DNA of 45,931 nt from Bdellovibrionales bacterium (GCA_043739185.1 JAYUEN010000188.1:1-45931), one strand, 5' to 3'; shown: positions 1-9,698, counted from the first letter of the stretch. The notes: generated from the letters alone by a model not told the origin. A program made the numbers and translations.

Positions 1-1
1 T

Positions 2-679
2 TTGATGGGTAATAAAGCTCAAAAGATCTTGCCGCAACTCAATCAATTTTTTCCGGATGTTAAAAGTATTGAATTTGATGATCTTGAAACATTTGAGCAC
101 ACCAAATGTAAGCCACTATCTGTTACTTTGGCGGTCGAACATGAAACCAGATGGATCCTAGGCTTTCGGGTTTCTCAAATGAACGCCAAGGGTCTATTAG
201 TTAAAAAAGCTCTTAAAAAATACGGAAAACGAAAAGATACCCGGAATAAAATGCGAAGAGAACTCTTCAAAAGCATTGAGCCCTATATTGATAAGAATGC
301 TTTGATTCAGTCGGATATGAATCCACATTATGTAAAAGACGTTAAGGAGTTTTTTCCGAAAGCGACTTATAAAACTCATCGGGGTAGTAGGTCGGCAGTA
401 ACGGGCCAAGGCGAATTAAAAAAAGTTGGCTTTGATCCTTTGTTTAGTTTGAATCACACCTTTGCGATGTACCGAGCAAACATCAATCGCCTATTTCGAA
501 AGACTTGGTGTACGACAAAAAAGCCAGAGAGGCTTAGTCTGCATATCGCGCTCTATTCTTTGTATCACAATGTTTTGCTGCTGGATTTGTCCAAGAAAGA
601 TGCTCCGCTTAGGAGTGTTGAAGAAAATTCGACTCCAAAAGAAAAACCAAGCCGAGATAATAAAAAACTTGCGGCTTAA
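2..679 (+). mobile_element. IS1/IS1595-like DDE-fold transposase (5' truncated by window edge)
   Basis: Motifs FDDLETF (D1), QSDMNPHY (D2) and LNHTFAMYRANINRLFRKTW, which aligns with IS1-type IERxNxxLRxxxxRLxRKT; third catalytic position is N rather than E; no TIR identified. Confidence 0.6.
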
Positions 680-761
680 GTTTTAAAAAGATCCACCAAT
701 TTGAAATGGCCACAACGAAACTTCGCCTAATTTTCAGATTTAACAGTCTAAGGGTCCAGTT

Positions 762-2120
762 TTACCGCTTTACAAAAATACGCAACTGCTCCACCAAATA
801 CTCAAGCATAAAGCGAGTGATTCCGGGATAAACTCCAACCCAAAAGCTTTCATTCATGACTCGGTTCGTATTGGTGAGTTCGCCAATGACTCGATAGCCC
901 TTTTTCTCTTTTCGCATTTCATCAAATGCAGGATGAAGTATATAGTTACCTGCAAATAACATTCGTGTTTGAATCTTTTTGGATTCTAAAAAACTCACAA
1001 TATCATGGCGAGTAAAGCCGGCATTGGGCCGCACACTTAAAATAAACCCAAACCAGCTTGGTTCTGAGTTTTCAGTTGGATTGGGTAAAACAAAATAATC
1101 TTCAAACTCAGCGAGAGCGCTTCGTAAAAAACTAAAATTCTCACGTCTTCTCTTAGTAAAAGCCTCGAGTTTATCAAGTTGTTTACAGCCAATTGCTGCC
1201 TGCAAATCTGTGGCCTTGAGATTGTAACCAAAATGCCTGTAAATATATTTATGATCATATGACTTTGGTAAAGCGCCAAGTTCCCAGCCAAAGCGTTTCT
1301 TACAAGTATTGTCTTTGCCAGACGGACACCAACAGTCACGGCCCCAATCTCTAAATGATTCTGCAGCTCGCTTTAATAGTGGATGACTGGTATAAACCGC
1401 GCCACCTTCGCCCATTGTTAAGTGGTGAGGAGGGTAAAAGCTTGATGTCCCAAAGTCGCCAAAGTTTCCGGTTTTCTTTCCTTCATAAAGTGAACCCAAA
1501 GCATCGCAATTGTCTTCAATGAACCACAAATTGTGTTTGCGACAAAATGCGGTGAGCTCTTTCAGTCGAACAGGATTTCCGAGAGTATGGGCCACCATAA
1601 CCGCCCGTGTTTTCGGGCTCAAGGCTTCTTCGAGTTGTTTGACATCAATATTGTAAGTGCCATCATCGACAGTCACATCTACAAAAACCGGTATCGCTCC
1701 AAATTGAATAATGGGATTTACTGTCGTGGGAAAGCCTGCCGCAACCGTGATGACTTCATCTCCTGGCCTGATTTGTCTTTCTTTTAATAGGGGGGAAGTA
1801 AGTGCGCTAAATGCCAATAAATTTGCCGAGGATCCTGAGTTCACGAGCAGGGCCCATTTGGCGCCCAGCAGTTCAGCCAAGCGTGTTTCAAATTCGTCAG
1901 TATAGCGTCCGGAAGTTAGCCAAAAATCAAGTGAGGCATCAACCAACGAAATCATTTCTTTTTCGTCGAATATTCGACCGCCGTAATTGAGACGGGATTC
2001 CCCAGGAATAAATGCTTGCTGCTGCTGAGGAAAATGAACCTCTTGATAGTACTCTTTCACCAGTTTAGAGATTTGCGCCCTTAAATCTTTTTCTCGGCTA
2101 GACAATGAGCTTACTCCCAT
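762..2120 (-). CDS. rfbH: CDP-4-keto-6-deoxy-D-glucose 3-dehydrase (E1, RfbH/DdhC)
   Basis: DegT/DnrJ fold with SFYPPHHLTMGEGG (His in place of Lys), RDWGRDCWC...DNTC Fe-S motif, YDHKY. Confidence 0.95.
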   Translation of the reverse strand: MGVSSLSSREKDLRAQISKLVKEYYQEVHFPQQQQAFIPGESRLNYGGRIFDEKEMISLVDASLDFWLTSGRYTDEFETRLAELLGAKWALLVNSGSSANLLAFSALTSPLLKERQIRPGDEVITVAAGFPTTVNPIIQFGAIPVFVDVTVDDGTYNIDVKQLEEALSPKTRAVMVAHTLGNPVRLKELTAFCRKHNLWFIEDNCDALGSLYEGKKTGNFGDFGTSSFYPPHHLTMGEGGAVYTSHPLLKRAAESFRDWGRDCWCPSGKDNTCKKRFGWELGALPKSYDHKYIYRHFGYNLKATDLQAAIGCKQLDKLEAFTKRRRENFSFLRSALAEFEDYFVLPNPTENSEPSWFGFILSVRPNAGFTRHDIVSFLESKKIQTRMLFAGNYILHPAFDEMRKEKKGYRVIGELTNTNRVMNESFWVGVYPGITRFMLEYLVEQLRIFVKR

Positions 2121-3198
2121 GACTGTAGTCCGTGATTTGTTTTAAAACCAAAGTCTTCGCCAGTTTTGGATTTTCATAAAAACTTTTATACCACTCTGCA
2201 GTTTTTAAAATTGCAGTCTCAGCATTCCAGCGCGGCTGCCAGCCCAGCAAAGCGTGTGCTTTCGAGCAATCGAGCTTTAAAAAATGCGCCTCATGAAGTT
2301 TATTTTTGTGCTCAAGCGAATCATTGAGTTCAAATTTAAATTCAGGTTTTGAGCCAAGAGATTTGAGTGTCTCACTCATCATGTGAACAATTTCACCTAC
2401 ACTTTTTGCATCTTGCTCTGCAGGTCCAAAATTCCAAGCTTCCGCAAATTCACGCCCCTTCGAGAATAGGGCTTCGGCCAACATCATATAGCCATGCAAA
2501 GGCTCAAGTACATGTTGCCAAGGTCTGGTGGCTTGAGGATTTCGTATTTTCAAGACATTTTGATTTTGAATCGCTCGCATAATATCGGGTATTAAACGAT
2601 CGCCGGCCCAATCGCCGCCGCCAATTACATTTCCGGCGCGAGCGCTGGCAATAGCCGGACCATGCTCATTAAAATACGAACGTCGCATAGCTGAGGTAAT
2701 GATTTCAGCGCAAGCTTTGCTGCTTGAATAGGGATCAAATCCTCCAACGGGATCATCTTCTCTGTAGCCCCAAAGCCATTCGCGGTTTTCATAACATTTA
2801 TCTGTGGTCACAATCACCACGGCACGGACTTCAGGAGTTGCCCGAACGGCATTCAGCAAATGCACAGTACCCATCATATTGGTGGCATAAGTTTCGATAG
2901 GATTTTCATAGGAGTAACGAACTAGTGGTTGAGCCGCTAAATGAAAAACCACATCGGCTTTTGACGCCTTTAGCGATTTTTCAAGTAATGCAAAGTCGCA
3001 AACATCACCAAATTCCGAAGTTCCATTTGTATTTATAAGCCCCGAAGCTTCAAAAAGATTTGGACTGGTATTTGGGTTTAATGAATAACCAGTCACTTGC
3101 GCGCCTAAGTGCTCCAACCAAAGCTTAAGCCACGAACCCTTAAAGCCGGTATGCCCAGTTAAAAAAACTTTTTTATTTTTCCAAAAATTTAATTCCAT
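2098..3198 (-). CDS. rfbG: CDP-glucose 4,6-dehydratase
   Basis: FLTGHTGFKGSWL, HLAAQPLVRYSY, DPYSSSK, RPWQHVLEPL; ATG 3198 overlaps rfbF stop. Confidence 0.96.
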   Translation of the reverse strand: MELNFWKNKKVFLTGHTGFKGSWLKLWLEHLGAQVTGYSLNPNTSPNLFEASGLINTNGTSEFGDVCDFALLEKSLKASKADVVFHLAAQPLVRYSYENPIETYATNMMGTVHLLNAVRATPEVRAVVIVTTDKCYENREWLWGYREDDPVGGFDPYSSSKACAEIITSAMRRSYFNEHGPAIASARAGNVIGGGDWAGDRLIPDIMRAIQNQNVLKIRNPQATRPWQHVLEPLHGYMMLAEALFSKGREFAEAWNFGPAEQDAKSVGEIVHMMSETLKSLGSKPEFKFELNDSLEHKNKLHEAHFLKLDCSKAHALLGWQPRWNAETAILKTAEWYKSFYENPKLAKTLVLKQITDYSHGSKLIV

Positions 3199-3956
3199 AG
3201 CTTCCATGGAGCTTCTCCTGAAGCCCAAAGTTCTTCGAGATAATTTTTATCCCTTAAGGTATCCATGGGCTGCCAAAAGCCGTCATGAAAAAAGGCCCCC
3301 ATTTGCTTATCGCGAGAAAGAGCCTCGAGAGGTTCGCGCTCCCAAATGCTTGCATCATCTTTAATGTATTTAATAACTTTAGGCGAGAGTACAAAAAATC
3401 CACCATTGATATAGGCCTCGCCTTTTGGCTTTTCTTGAAAGCTCGTGACAAGATTTCCGGAGAGTCCAATATTGCCAAAACGCCCTGGGGAAAGAGTCGC
3501 AGTCAAAGTCGCAAGTCGACCTTCTTTCTTGTGAAACTCAATACTTTTCTTTATATCAATATTGCCAACACCATCACCATAGGTAAAACAAAAATCTTCG
3601 TTATCTAAATACTCAGCGACCCGTTTGAGTCTTCCGCCGGTCATAGTATTTTCGCCGGTGTCAATTGTGGTCACCGTCCAGGGCTCTGCAAAATTTTGAT
3701 GAATCTGAAGCTTATTTGCTTTCATATCAAAGGTGACATTCGAATTATGCAAAAAATAATTCGCAAAATATTCTTTTATGACATAGCCGCGATGGCCACA
3801 GCAAATAATGAAATCATTGATGCCAAAATGTGAATAGAGTTTCATGATATGCCATAGGATTGGCTTGCCGCCGACCTCAATCATGGGTTTTGGTTTTAAA
3901 TTGCTTTCTTCCATTATGCGAGTGCCTTTGCCTCCCGCCAGAATCACAGCTTTCAT
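3189..3956 (-). CDS. rfbF: Glucose-1-phosphate cytidylyltransferase
   Basis: MKAVILAGGKGTRI..E...KPKPMIEVG, TMTGGRLKRV, FWQPMDTLRDK, APWKLW. Confidence 0.97.
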   Translation of the reverse strand: MKAVILAGGKGTRIMEESNLKPKPMIEVGGKPILWHIMKLYSHFGINDFIICCGHRGYVIKEYFANYFLHNSNVTFDMKANKLQIHQNFAEPWTVTTIDTGENTMTGGRLKRVAEYLDNEDFCFTYGDGVGNIDIKKSIEFHKKEGRLATLTATLSPGRFGNIGLSGNLVTSFQEKPKGEAYINGGFFVLSPKVIKYIKDDASIWEREPLEALSRDKQMGAFFHDGFWQPMDTLRDKNYLEELWASGEAPWKLWN

Positions 3957-3970
3957 TTCCTCTCCTTATA

Positions 3971-4102
3971 AGATTTGTCCAAAATGAATGCGCCTTAAAT
4001 GAACCTGCGGCGTTCGAGGCAGAGGCGCGGCGGACTACTTCCTGTAGGCCGCAAAAGCCGAGGCCGAAGGCAACGAAGGTCCCGTTCATTTTGGACAAAT
4101 CT
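3971..4102. repeat. 132-bp MITE/ERIC-like palindromic element
   Basis: Perfect 18-bp inverted repeats AGATTTGTCCAAAATGAA (3971-3988) / TTCATTTTGGACAAATCT (4085-4102); GC-rich core with inner hairpin GCGGACTAC-TTCCT-GTAGGCCGC. Confidence 0.8.
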
Positions 4103-4106
4103 CATT

Positions 4107-4793
4107 TTAGCGACCAAATCGCAGTCTTAAAAGTGTATACAAATACGTCATCATAAATACTACGAGATTACGTTTACTATCACCAAACATACGTTTTTTG
4201 AAGGTAAATGGAACTTCTTTGATCTTGATCTTAAACTTTCGGGTCAATTTAAAGAGAATTTCCTCAATTATATCGAAGTTTCGGCACCTCAATTGAAGTT
4301 CTCGTAGTTGTGAAGCGCGGTAAAGCTTAAAGCTGTTTGATACATCTTTGCAATTTAAGCCTAAAACAATCGAATATGCGAGGTTGACGATTCGACTCAT
4401 CAAAATAAGATAAAAGCTATTTTCGGTATCGCCACCAGATACATAACGAGAAGCTGACACCACATCAAACTGCTGTCGGTATTGCAAAAGCTTTGGAATA
4501 TACTCGGGCGTATGTGAGCCGTCGGCATCCATAAACAAGATATAGGTCCCCAGAGCACGTGAAATTCCGGTTCGAACCGCATCGGCATAATCGTTGGCAT
4601 TTTCGCGTGGCACATAACGAAGCTGTTCTACCTCGCAAACTTCTTTTGAATTATCCAATGGAGTTTGAGTATCGACCACCAAAATCTCAAAGGCCAATTT
4701 TGTCTCATCTAAAACGGCTTTCAATCTTGGCAGCAATAAACGCAAGTTCTCTTCTTCGCGATAAGCGGGAATTACAATACTGAGTTCAATCAT
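4107..4793 (-). CDS. Glycosyltransferase family 2, DPM1/polyprenol-phosphate glycosyltransferase-like
   Basis: LSIVIPAYREEENL, FMDADGSH, SRYVSGG, EVPFTFKKRMFGDSK. Confidence 0.88.
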   Translation of the reverse strand: MIELSIVIPAYREEENLRLLLPRLKAVLDETKLAFEILVVDTQTPLDNSKEVCEVEQLRYVPRENANDYADAVRTGISRALGTYILFMDADGSHTPEYIPKLLQYRQQFDVVSASRYVSGGDTENSFYLILMSRIVNLAYSIVLGLNCKDVSNSFKLYRASQLRELQLRCRNFDIIEEILFKLTRKFKIKIKEVPFTFKKRMFGDSKRNLVVFMMTYLYTLLRLRFGR

Positions 4794-5808
4794 TGGATTT
4801 CACCCATTCTATCATTTCGCGCACTCCGGTGAGGCGATCGACTTTTGGACTCCAGCCGAAAACCTTTTGAGCTTTTTGAATATCGGCGACAAAAACTTTT
4901 TGATCGGAGTGTCGCCACGGGAGCTTGCGATATTTTAGCGAAACCTGCATCTCCGATTCTAGAATCTTAAAGAGCTCAAGTAGCGATAGTGAATTCGCCA
5001 TTCCGCCGCCTATATTGAAAACTTGGCCTTGGGTTTGATCGATTTTCTCAAGTGCCGAAAAATAACATTGAATAAGATCAGACGCGAACAATATATCCCG
5101 TACCTGTTTACCGTCTCCTGAAATTGTAAAGGGCTCTTTTAATAGATTTTTCTTCTCTAAAATAGCTTGGCTAATAAACCAACCGATCCAGGCTTGATCA
5201 AAAGTGGCAAATTGTCTTCCTCCGAAAATTGTAGAGTGCCTAAAGACTACAGTGCGAACCCCGAAAGCTCTGAAATAATCGAGCATATATTGGTCCGTGG
5301 CTCCTTTTGAACAGCCGTAGGGTGATTGAAAATCAAGTGGAGTACTTTCAGCAAAGCCATTTTTATACTCAGGAGTACTATAACGAGTGGCCTCTTCAAT
5401 GAATTTGATATGTGAAAAATCTCCGTAAACTTTATTTGTTGATGAATAAAATACGATACTTTTTGGCGAAAATTTTCGCACGGATTCTAGAACATTGAGG
5501 CCGCCAAGAACGTTGATTTCAAAATCTTTTCGTGGATCTTCAAGTGATGTGGTCATTGCAACTTGTCCGGCTAAATGAAATATCACATCGGGCTGAATAC
5601 TTTGAATCACTTTTTCAATATCTGAGGTCGTTCGCGTATCAACTTGAAAAAAACTAAATCGGCCTTTTGATTCAAGCCATTGTTTGTTCTGCTCTGATCC
5701 TTTGCGACTCAAATTATCAACGATAAATAGTTCTTCGTTTCGTTTAAGTACCTCGGTCGCAAGATTGCTTCCCAAAAAGCCACAGCCCCCGGTAATTAAA
5801 AATTTCAA
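4786..5808 (-). CDS. rfbE: CDP-paratose 2-epimerase (CDP-tyvelose synthase)
   Basis: LITGGCGFLGSNLA, HLAGQVAMTTS, YSSTNKVYGD, SPYGCSKGATDQYMLDY, GGRQFATFDQ.W, GKQVRD; TTG start. Confidence 0.9.
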   Translation of the reverse strand: MKFLITGGCGFLGSNLATEVLKRNEELFIVDNLSRKGSEQNKQWLESKGRFSFFQVDTRTTSDIEKVIQSIQPDVIFHLAGQVAMTTSLEDPRKDFEINVLGGLNVLESVRKFSPKSIVFYSSTNKVYGDFSHIKFIEEATRYSTPEYKNGFAESTPLDFQSPYGCSKGATDQYMLDYFRAFGVRTVVFRHSTIFGGRQFATFDQAWIGWFISQAILEKKNLLKEPFTISGDGKQVRDILFASDLIQCYFSALEKIDQTQGQVFNIGGGMANSLSLLELFKILESEMQVSLKYRKLPWRHSDQKVFVADIQKAQKVFGWSPKVDRLTGVREMIEWVKSND

Positions 5809-6695
5809 TTGTCACCCCAGTTTTTCATTTTGTGGTCTTCAAATTCTATCGTTTTAATTAGTCCTTCACGCAAAGAAACATTAGGAGTCCAGCCGGTTTG
5901 CATAAAGGATCTTTGATTTTGTTCGACCTGCATCTGCTCTTGAGTGCGATAGATTTTATCACCGAAACCTAAGCAGTTCTGATTTTTGCCACACAGCTCG
6001 CAAATCAGCTCGGCAATTTTTCGAATGCTGCTACTCTGAGGTGAACGCACATGCCACTGATTAAATCCGCTTTCAACTTTCAATTCTAAAGAATGAACAA
6101 AAGCATTGATCACATCATCAACATATATAAAGTCTCTGATTTGCTCTCCAAGGGTAAGTGGTATCCGACTTCGATTCTGAAGTAATTCACATATTAACCA
6201 GGTGACAAATTTTTTCGCAGAATCGCCAGGCCCATAAAAATGCTCGAGCTGCAGATGTACAATTTCGCTTGATTTTTGATTTATTAAAAACTCACGAAAG
6301 GCTTCTTTGCTTTCTGCATAAGGACTCACTTCAGGTTTTAAGCTTGTGCCAGCGTTCACAAATCTTTGCATTTTTGAAAGTGTCCCCCACGCAAAAAGTG
6401 CGCGACTAAAGTTCAAATTCGTTTCCGTAAGTTTCTCTGCCCCGGCCTTTTCAAAACCATATTCAGCAGCACAATGAATGATAGTGTGAATAGATTGATC
6501 TACTGGGGTCTCAGGCTGGGATTTACGAGCATTCCAAATAATTGGCGGGAGGCTACTTAAAGAATTAAGCTTACGCAAATCTGTTTCTGGACGAACCAAA
6601 ACTCTAACTTGAAATTTCTCCAATTGGAGTTTCTTAAGAAGTCTTGAGCCCAAAAAACCAGTGGCACCGGTCAAGACAATTAAATTCTGTTGCAT
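5805..6695 (-). CDS. NAD-dependent SDR reductase, likely CDP-paratose/abequose synthase (RfbS/RfbJ-like)
   Basis: LTGATGFLGS, YAESK, LEHFYGPGDS..KF, LTLGEQIRDFIYVDDV; directly upstream of rfbE. Confidence 0.75.
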   Translation of the reverse strand: MQQNLIVLTGATGFLGSRLLKKLQLEKFQVRVLVRPETDLRKLNSLSSLPPIIWNARKSQPETPVDQSIHTIIHCAAEYGFEKAGAEKLTETNLNFSRALFAWGTLSKMQRFVNAGTSLKPEVSPYAESKEAFREFLINQKSSEIVHLQLEHFYGPGDSAKKFVTWLICELLQNRSRIPLTLGEQIRDFIYVDDVINAFVHSLELKVESGFNQWHVRSPQSSSIRKIAELICELCGKNQNCLGFGDKIYRTQEQMQVEQNQRSFMQTGWTPNVSLREGLIKTIEFEDHKMKNWGDN

Positions 6696-6942
6696 AAGGA
6701 CTCGCTCACCAAAATTGCATAGTTGGTTTACGCCAAAAGAGGCTTTCGTGTTCTCAAATAGAAGTCTCGAAGCTAGCCTATCTCAGTCCTTTTTGCCAAC
6801 TTAGAGCGCGTTTAAGAAGTATTGCGTCACCATAAACGCGCTCTTATATTTCAAATTCAATTTGACACTTCCGGTGCCTTCGCCTACCAAAATATATAAC
6901 GAATTTGAGCATTCCTCTAGCGATAGAAAGCAAGTGAGCTCT

Positions 6943-8487
6943 GTGAAAATTGATTCACTTCTTATCAATGTCGGCCTCATCTTTTTCATATTCTATATTG
7001 CAAAAAGACTTTGGCCAAAATCATATTTGTCGTCGTTAAGCTTCGATTCGATAGTGGTCACCTGCCTCTGTAAAATGAGCCTGTTCTGGTTACTTTTCAC
7101 CGCCATTGCCTATACGCTTTCATATAGTTATTTTAGTTATATTGAAGTTAATTTGGCTCTCATTGCTGAGGCCTATAAAAATGCGCAGCCAATCTTTACT
7201 GCGGTTGATTCTCCAGCTCGTTATTCACTCTTATATGGCCCTTGGACTTCGGTTGCGAATAGTCTGCTGCTGATATCTGGCGTATTTGCTATTCAGACGT
7301 CAAAACTAATGGGTCTTGTAAACTTAATTTTGGGACTTCTCGCTTTATTTTTTGCGGTCAAACGGGCTAGTGAAAAAAGCTCGCTTGCGTTCATGGCTCT
7401 CGGCTTGGTCAGTCTCTGTTGGCTCGGCTTCGATAACTTTGCCTTTGTGAATCGTCCCGATTCATTTGTTATTGCTTATGTTATATTTGCGATCTTGGTG
7501 CTTGAGTTATGGGGAAAAACCCGGCCTCTTCTTTTTTTCACTCTGCTAGGATTATTAGCGGGCTTGGGAGAGGGCTGTAAAATTCACGCCTTTATTTATT
7601 TTGTTCCACTGGCCACTTATTCTTGGGAGTCTAAACGCGCGCTTTGGTCTTGGTCAGGGCTATTTTTGGGCTTGTTCACAGCAGCCGCCGCGACGGTTTT
7701 TCCTTTTCTTCTGCCACATATCTCGATTGAAAATTACTTCTTATGGTTAAGTGTCGTTTCTAAACGTGGCTTGAGTCTTATGCTTGCGACAGATAATTTA
7801 ACCTATTTCATAAGCTTTTTGGTTCTCATTTTGCTTCTCAAACTTCAGAGGACAATAAAGTGGAGTTTTTGGAGCCTAATCTTTAGCGTCTTCGTGGCGG
7901 GTCTTTTCGGAAGCTTAGTCGGCGCAGGCACACACCACTTTATGCCATTTTTTGCATTCTTTATTTATGTCGCACTTATCGAAGTGCGTGAGTTCAATCC
8001 AATCGCGAAAGTTTATTTACTTTGCTTGCTCCTTGGTCTTTCTTATGACGCTATATTAAGCCAAAAAGCTCTTTGGAAGTATTTTGCGAACTGGCCCCTG
8101 CAGATCTCTCAGCGAAGCGACCTAAAGGTTTTGCGATCAAGTGTCGGCGAAGGACCGGTAGAGCTTGGATACGGGGACAACTCCCAAATGGAAATGAGTT
8201 ACTACAAGCCCGAATTGGTTTCACTTGGTGACAGTATGATTTTAGATCATAGCGCCGTTATGGATATGAACGGTTCAGGTGTATTCATTCCGCAAAGTAC
8301 TATTGATTTATTTAAAAGCTGCAAAATCCCGTTTATTATTTTGCCCAAGGGTGATCATCCGTGGGGAATGCAAGGTTTTCACGGAAATGTCTTTTCAGAA
8401 AATTGGACCAACGAATTTGCTAAGCTCTATAAATTTGAACGCAGTTCCCAATTTTACTCTCTTTATAGCTGCCAAAACCAAAAATAA
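6943..8487 (+). CDS. Polytopic membrane protein, GT-C-fold glycosyltransferase-like
   Basis: About 12 hydrophobic segments, LLYGP loop, RPD, K.H and HHFMPF motifs, soluble C-terminal domain; GTG 6943 is the probable start (ORF opens at 6862). Confidence 0.6.
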   Translation: MKIDSLLINVGLIFFIFYIAKRLWPKSYLSSLSFDSIVVTCLCKMSLFWLLFTAIAYTLSYSYFSYIEVNLALIAEAYKNAQPIFTAVDSPARYSLLYGPWTSVANSLLLISGVFAIQTSKLMGLVNLILGLLALFFAVKRASEKSSLAFMALGLVSLCWLGFDNFAFVNRPDSFVIAYVIFAILVLELWGKTRPLLFFTLLGLLAGLGEGCKIHAFIYFVPLATYSWESKRALWSWSGLFLGLFTAAAATVFPFLLPHISIENYFLWLSVVSKRGLSLMLATDNLTYFISFLVLILLLKLQRTIKWSFWSLIFSVFVAGLFGSLVGAGTHHFMPFFAFFIYVALIEVREFNPIAKVYLLCLLLGLSYDAILSQKALWKYFANWPLQISQRSDLKVLRSSVGEGPVELGYGDNSQMEMSYYKPELVSLGDSMILDHSAVMDMNGSGVFIPQSTIDLFKSCKIPFIILPKGDHPWGMQGFHGNVFSENWTNEFAKLYKFERSSQFYSLYSCQNQK

Positions 8488-8519
8488 AAAACCCATGATT
8501 TTTTAGAATCATGGGTTTT
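8488..8519. terminator. Bidirectional intrinsic terminator
   Basis: AAAACCCATGATT-TTTTAG-AATCATGGGTTTT hairpin between convergent genes. Confidence 0.75.
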
Positions 8520-8555
8520 AAAGATTACATTTAATCTTTCGCTCAAAGCGAAAAA

Positions 8556-8771
8556 TTACATAGCTTTCTTAGCAGCTTTTTTAGCTTTTGCTTTTTTAGC
8601 AACTTTTTTGCCTTCTGATTTTGGAGCAGTAGCAGTTGGAGCTGCTGCAGTTGGAGCAGTAGCAGTTGCTGTAGCTGGAGCTACTGGAGCCGTTGTAGCT
8701 GGAGCTGTAGTTTCAGCTGCAGTTGCTGTCAAAGCCAAGCCAAGTACGATTGATGCGATAATTGCCTTCAT
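8556..8771 (-). CDS. Small secreted Ala/Thr/Pro-rich protein with Lys/Ala-rich tail (Asr-like architecture)
   Basis: GGAG RBS, signal peptide MKAIIASIVLGLALTATA, APAT repeats, KKAKAKKAAKK. Confidence 0.8.
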   Translation of the reverse strand: MKAIIASIVLGLALTATAAETTAPATTAPVAPATATATAPTAAAPTATAPKSEGKKVAKKAKAKKAAKKAM

Positions 8772-8915
8772 ATTTTACTCCTTTTAGAGTGGTTTGTTTT
8801 TTTCTGAGTTCGAAACTACCACTCTCAGCTAAAACTTGAGTGAGCTAGAAATGAAAAGATTTTTATTTGTAGGTCTATAGAATTTACCTAGTGCTGCGAC
8901 CGCATCCCAAGCCTA

Positions 8916-9698
8916 CTATTTTTTCTTAAACTGAATCCTTAAATAACTAGCAGTTGAAATTAGTATAAAAATACTTATCCAAGAGGAAATGCTTACTGAA
9001 AGTGGCATTGGTCCACGTAGATCTGCCCTCAATGCCTCCATAAAGAGGCGTCCGAGCGAATGCAAAATGAGCCATAAACAAAACACAGCGCCGGAAATGC
9101 CTCTCCAGGGCGAATTTTTTGAAATTGCAGCTAATCTTTCAAATTTTAATAAAACGGCCAGAATTACGAATTCAATTAGTACCGCGTAGAGTTGGGTTGG
9201 ATGCCTGAAGCTAAAGCCAGGATAAAGATCACAGCTCGCTCCAAAGCAACAACCTGTCACAAAACAGGCAATGCGACCTAGGGCGTAACCAAGGGCCGCA
9301 ACAGGGGCAACCAAGTTCAGCAATGGGCCGACAGCATATCTTTGAAAGCGTAAAAGCATAGTGCCGCAAACAAAGGCTGCAATGGCGCCACCATAAAAAA
9401 CAAAGCCACCATTCCAAAACTTTAAGATCTCAAGGGGATTCAATTTATAAAATTCGAAATCTTCAAAAAAAACATGAAATAATCTTGCGCCTAAAAAACC
9501 TGAAATAAGAGTCAAAATGAAAAGGTCGAAGACCAAGCGCATTTCAAAGTCTTGATCTCTTGCGCGTTTGGCTAGCCAAAAAAGGCAAAGTGAAAAACTA
9601 AGTGAAATGATCGGATAGTAAGTCGGAATGACAATGTCGAAGAGCCTAAAAAGCGGCCAGAATCCGTCAATCGCGTGCAGAGGTGCCAACGGCGACAT
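8916..9698 (-). CDS. lgt: Prolipoprotein diacylglyceryl transferase
   Basis: GFLGARLFHV, W.GGFVFYGG, GRIACFVTGCCFG, RHPTQLY, RLFMEALRAD; start codon uncertain. Confidence 0.92.
   Translation of the reverse strand: MSPLAPLHAIDGFWPLFRLFDIVIPTYYPIISLSFSLCLFWLAKRARDQDFEMRLVFDLFILTLISGFLGARLFHVFFEDFEFYKLNPLEILKFWNGGFVFYGGAIAAFVCGTMLLRFQRYAVGPLLNLVAPVAALGYALGRIACFVTGCCFGASCDLYPGFSFRHPTQLYAVLIEFVILAVLLKFERLAAISKNSPWRGISGAVFCLWLILHSLGRLFMEALRADLRGPMPLSVSISSWISIFILISTASYLRIQFKKK

Noticed and set aside
640..760. tmRNA tag-like DNKKLAA*
   Set aside because: No tRNA-like acceptor or T-arm found; it is the end of the transposase ORF
3860..4156. ORFs 3860..4156 (+) and 3877..4098 (-)
   Set aside because: Shadow ORFs arising from the palindromic element and overlapping real genes
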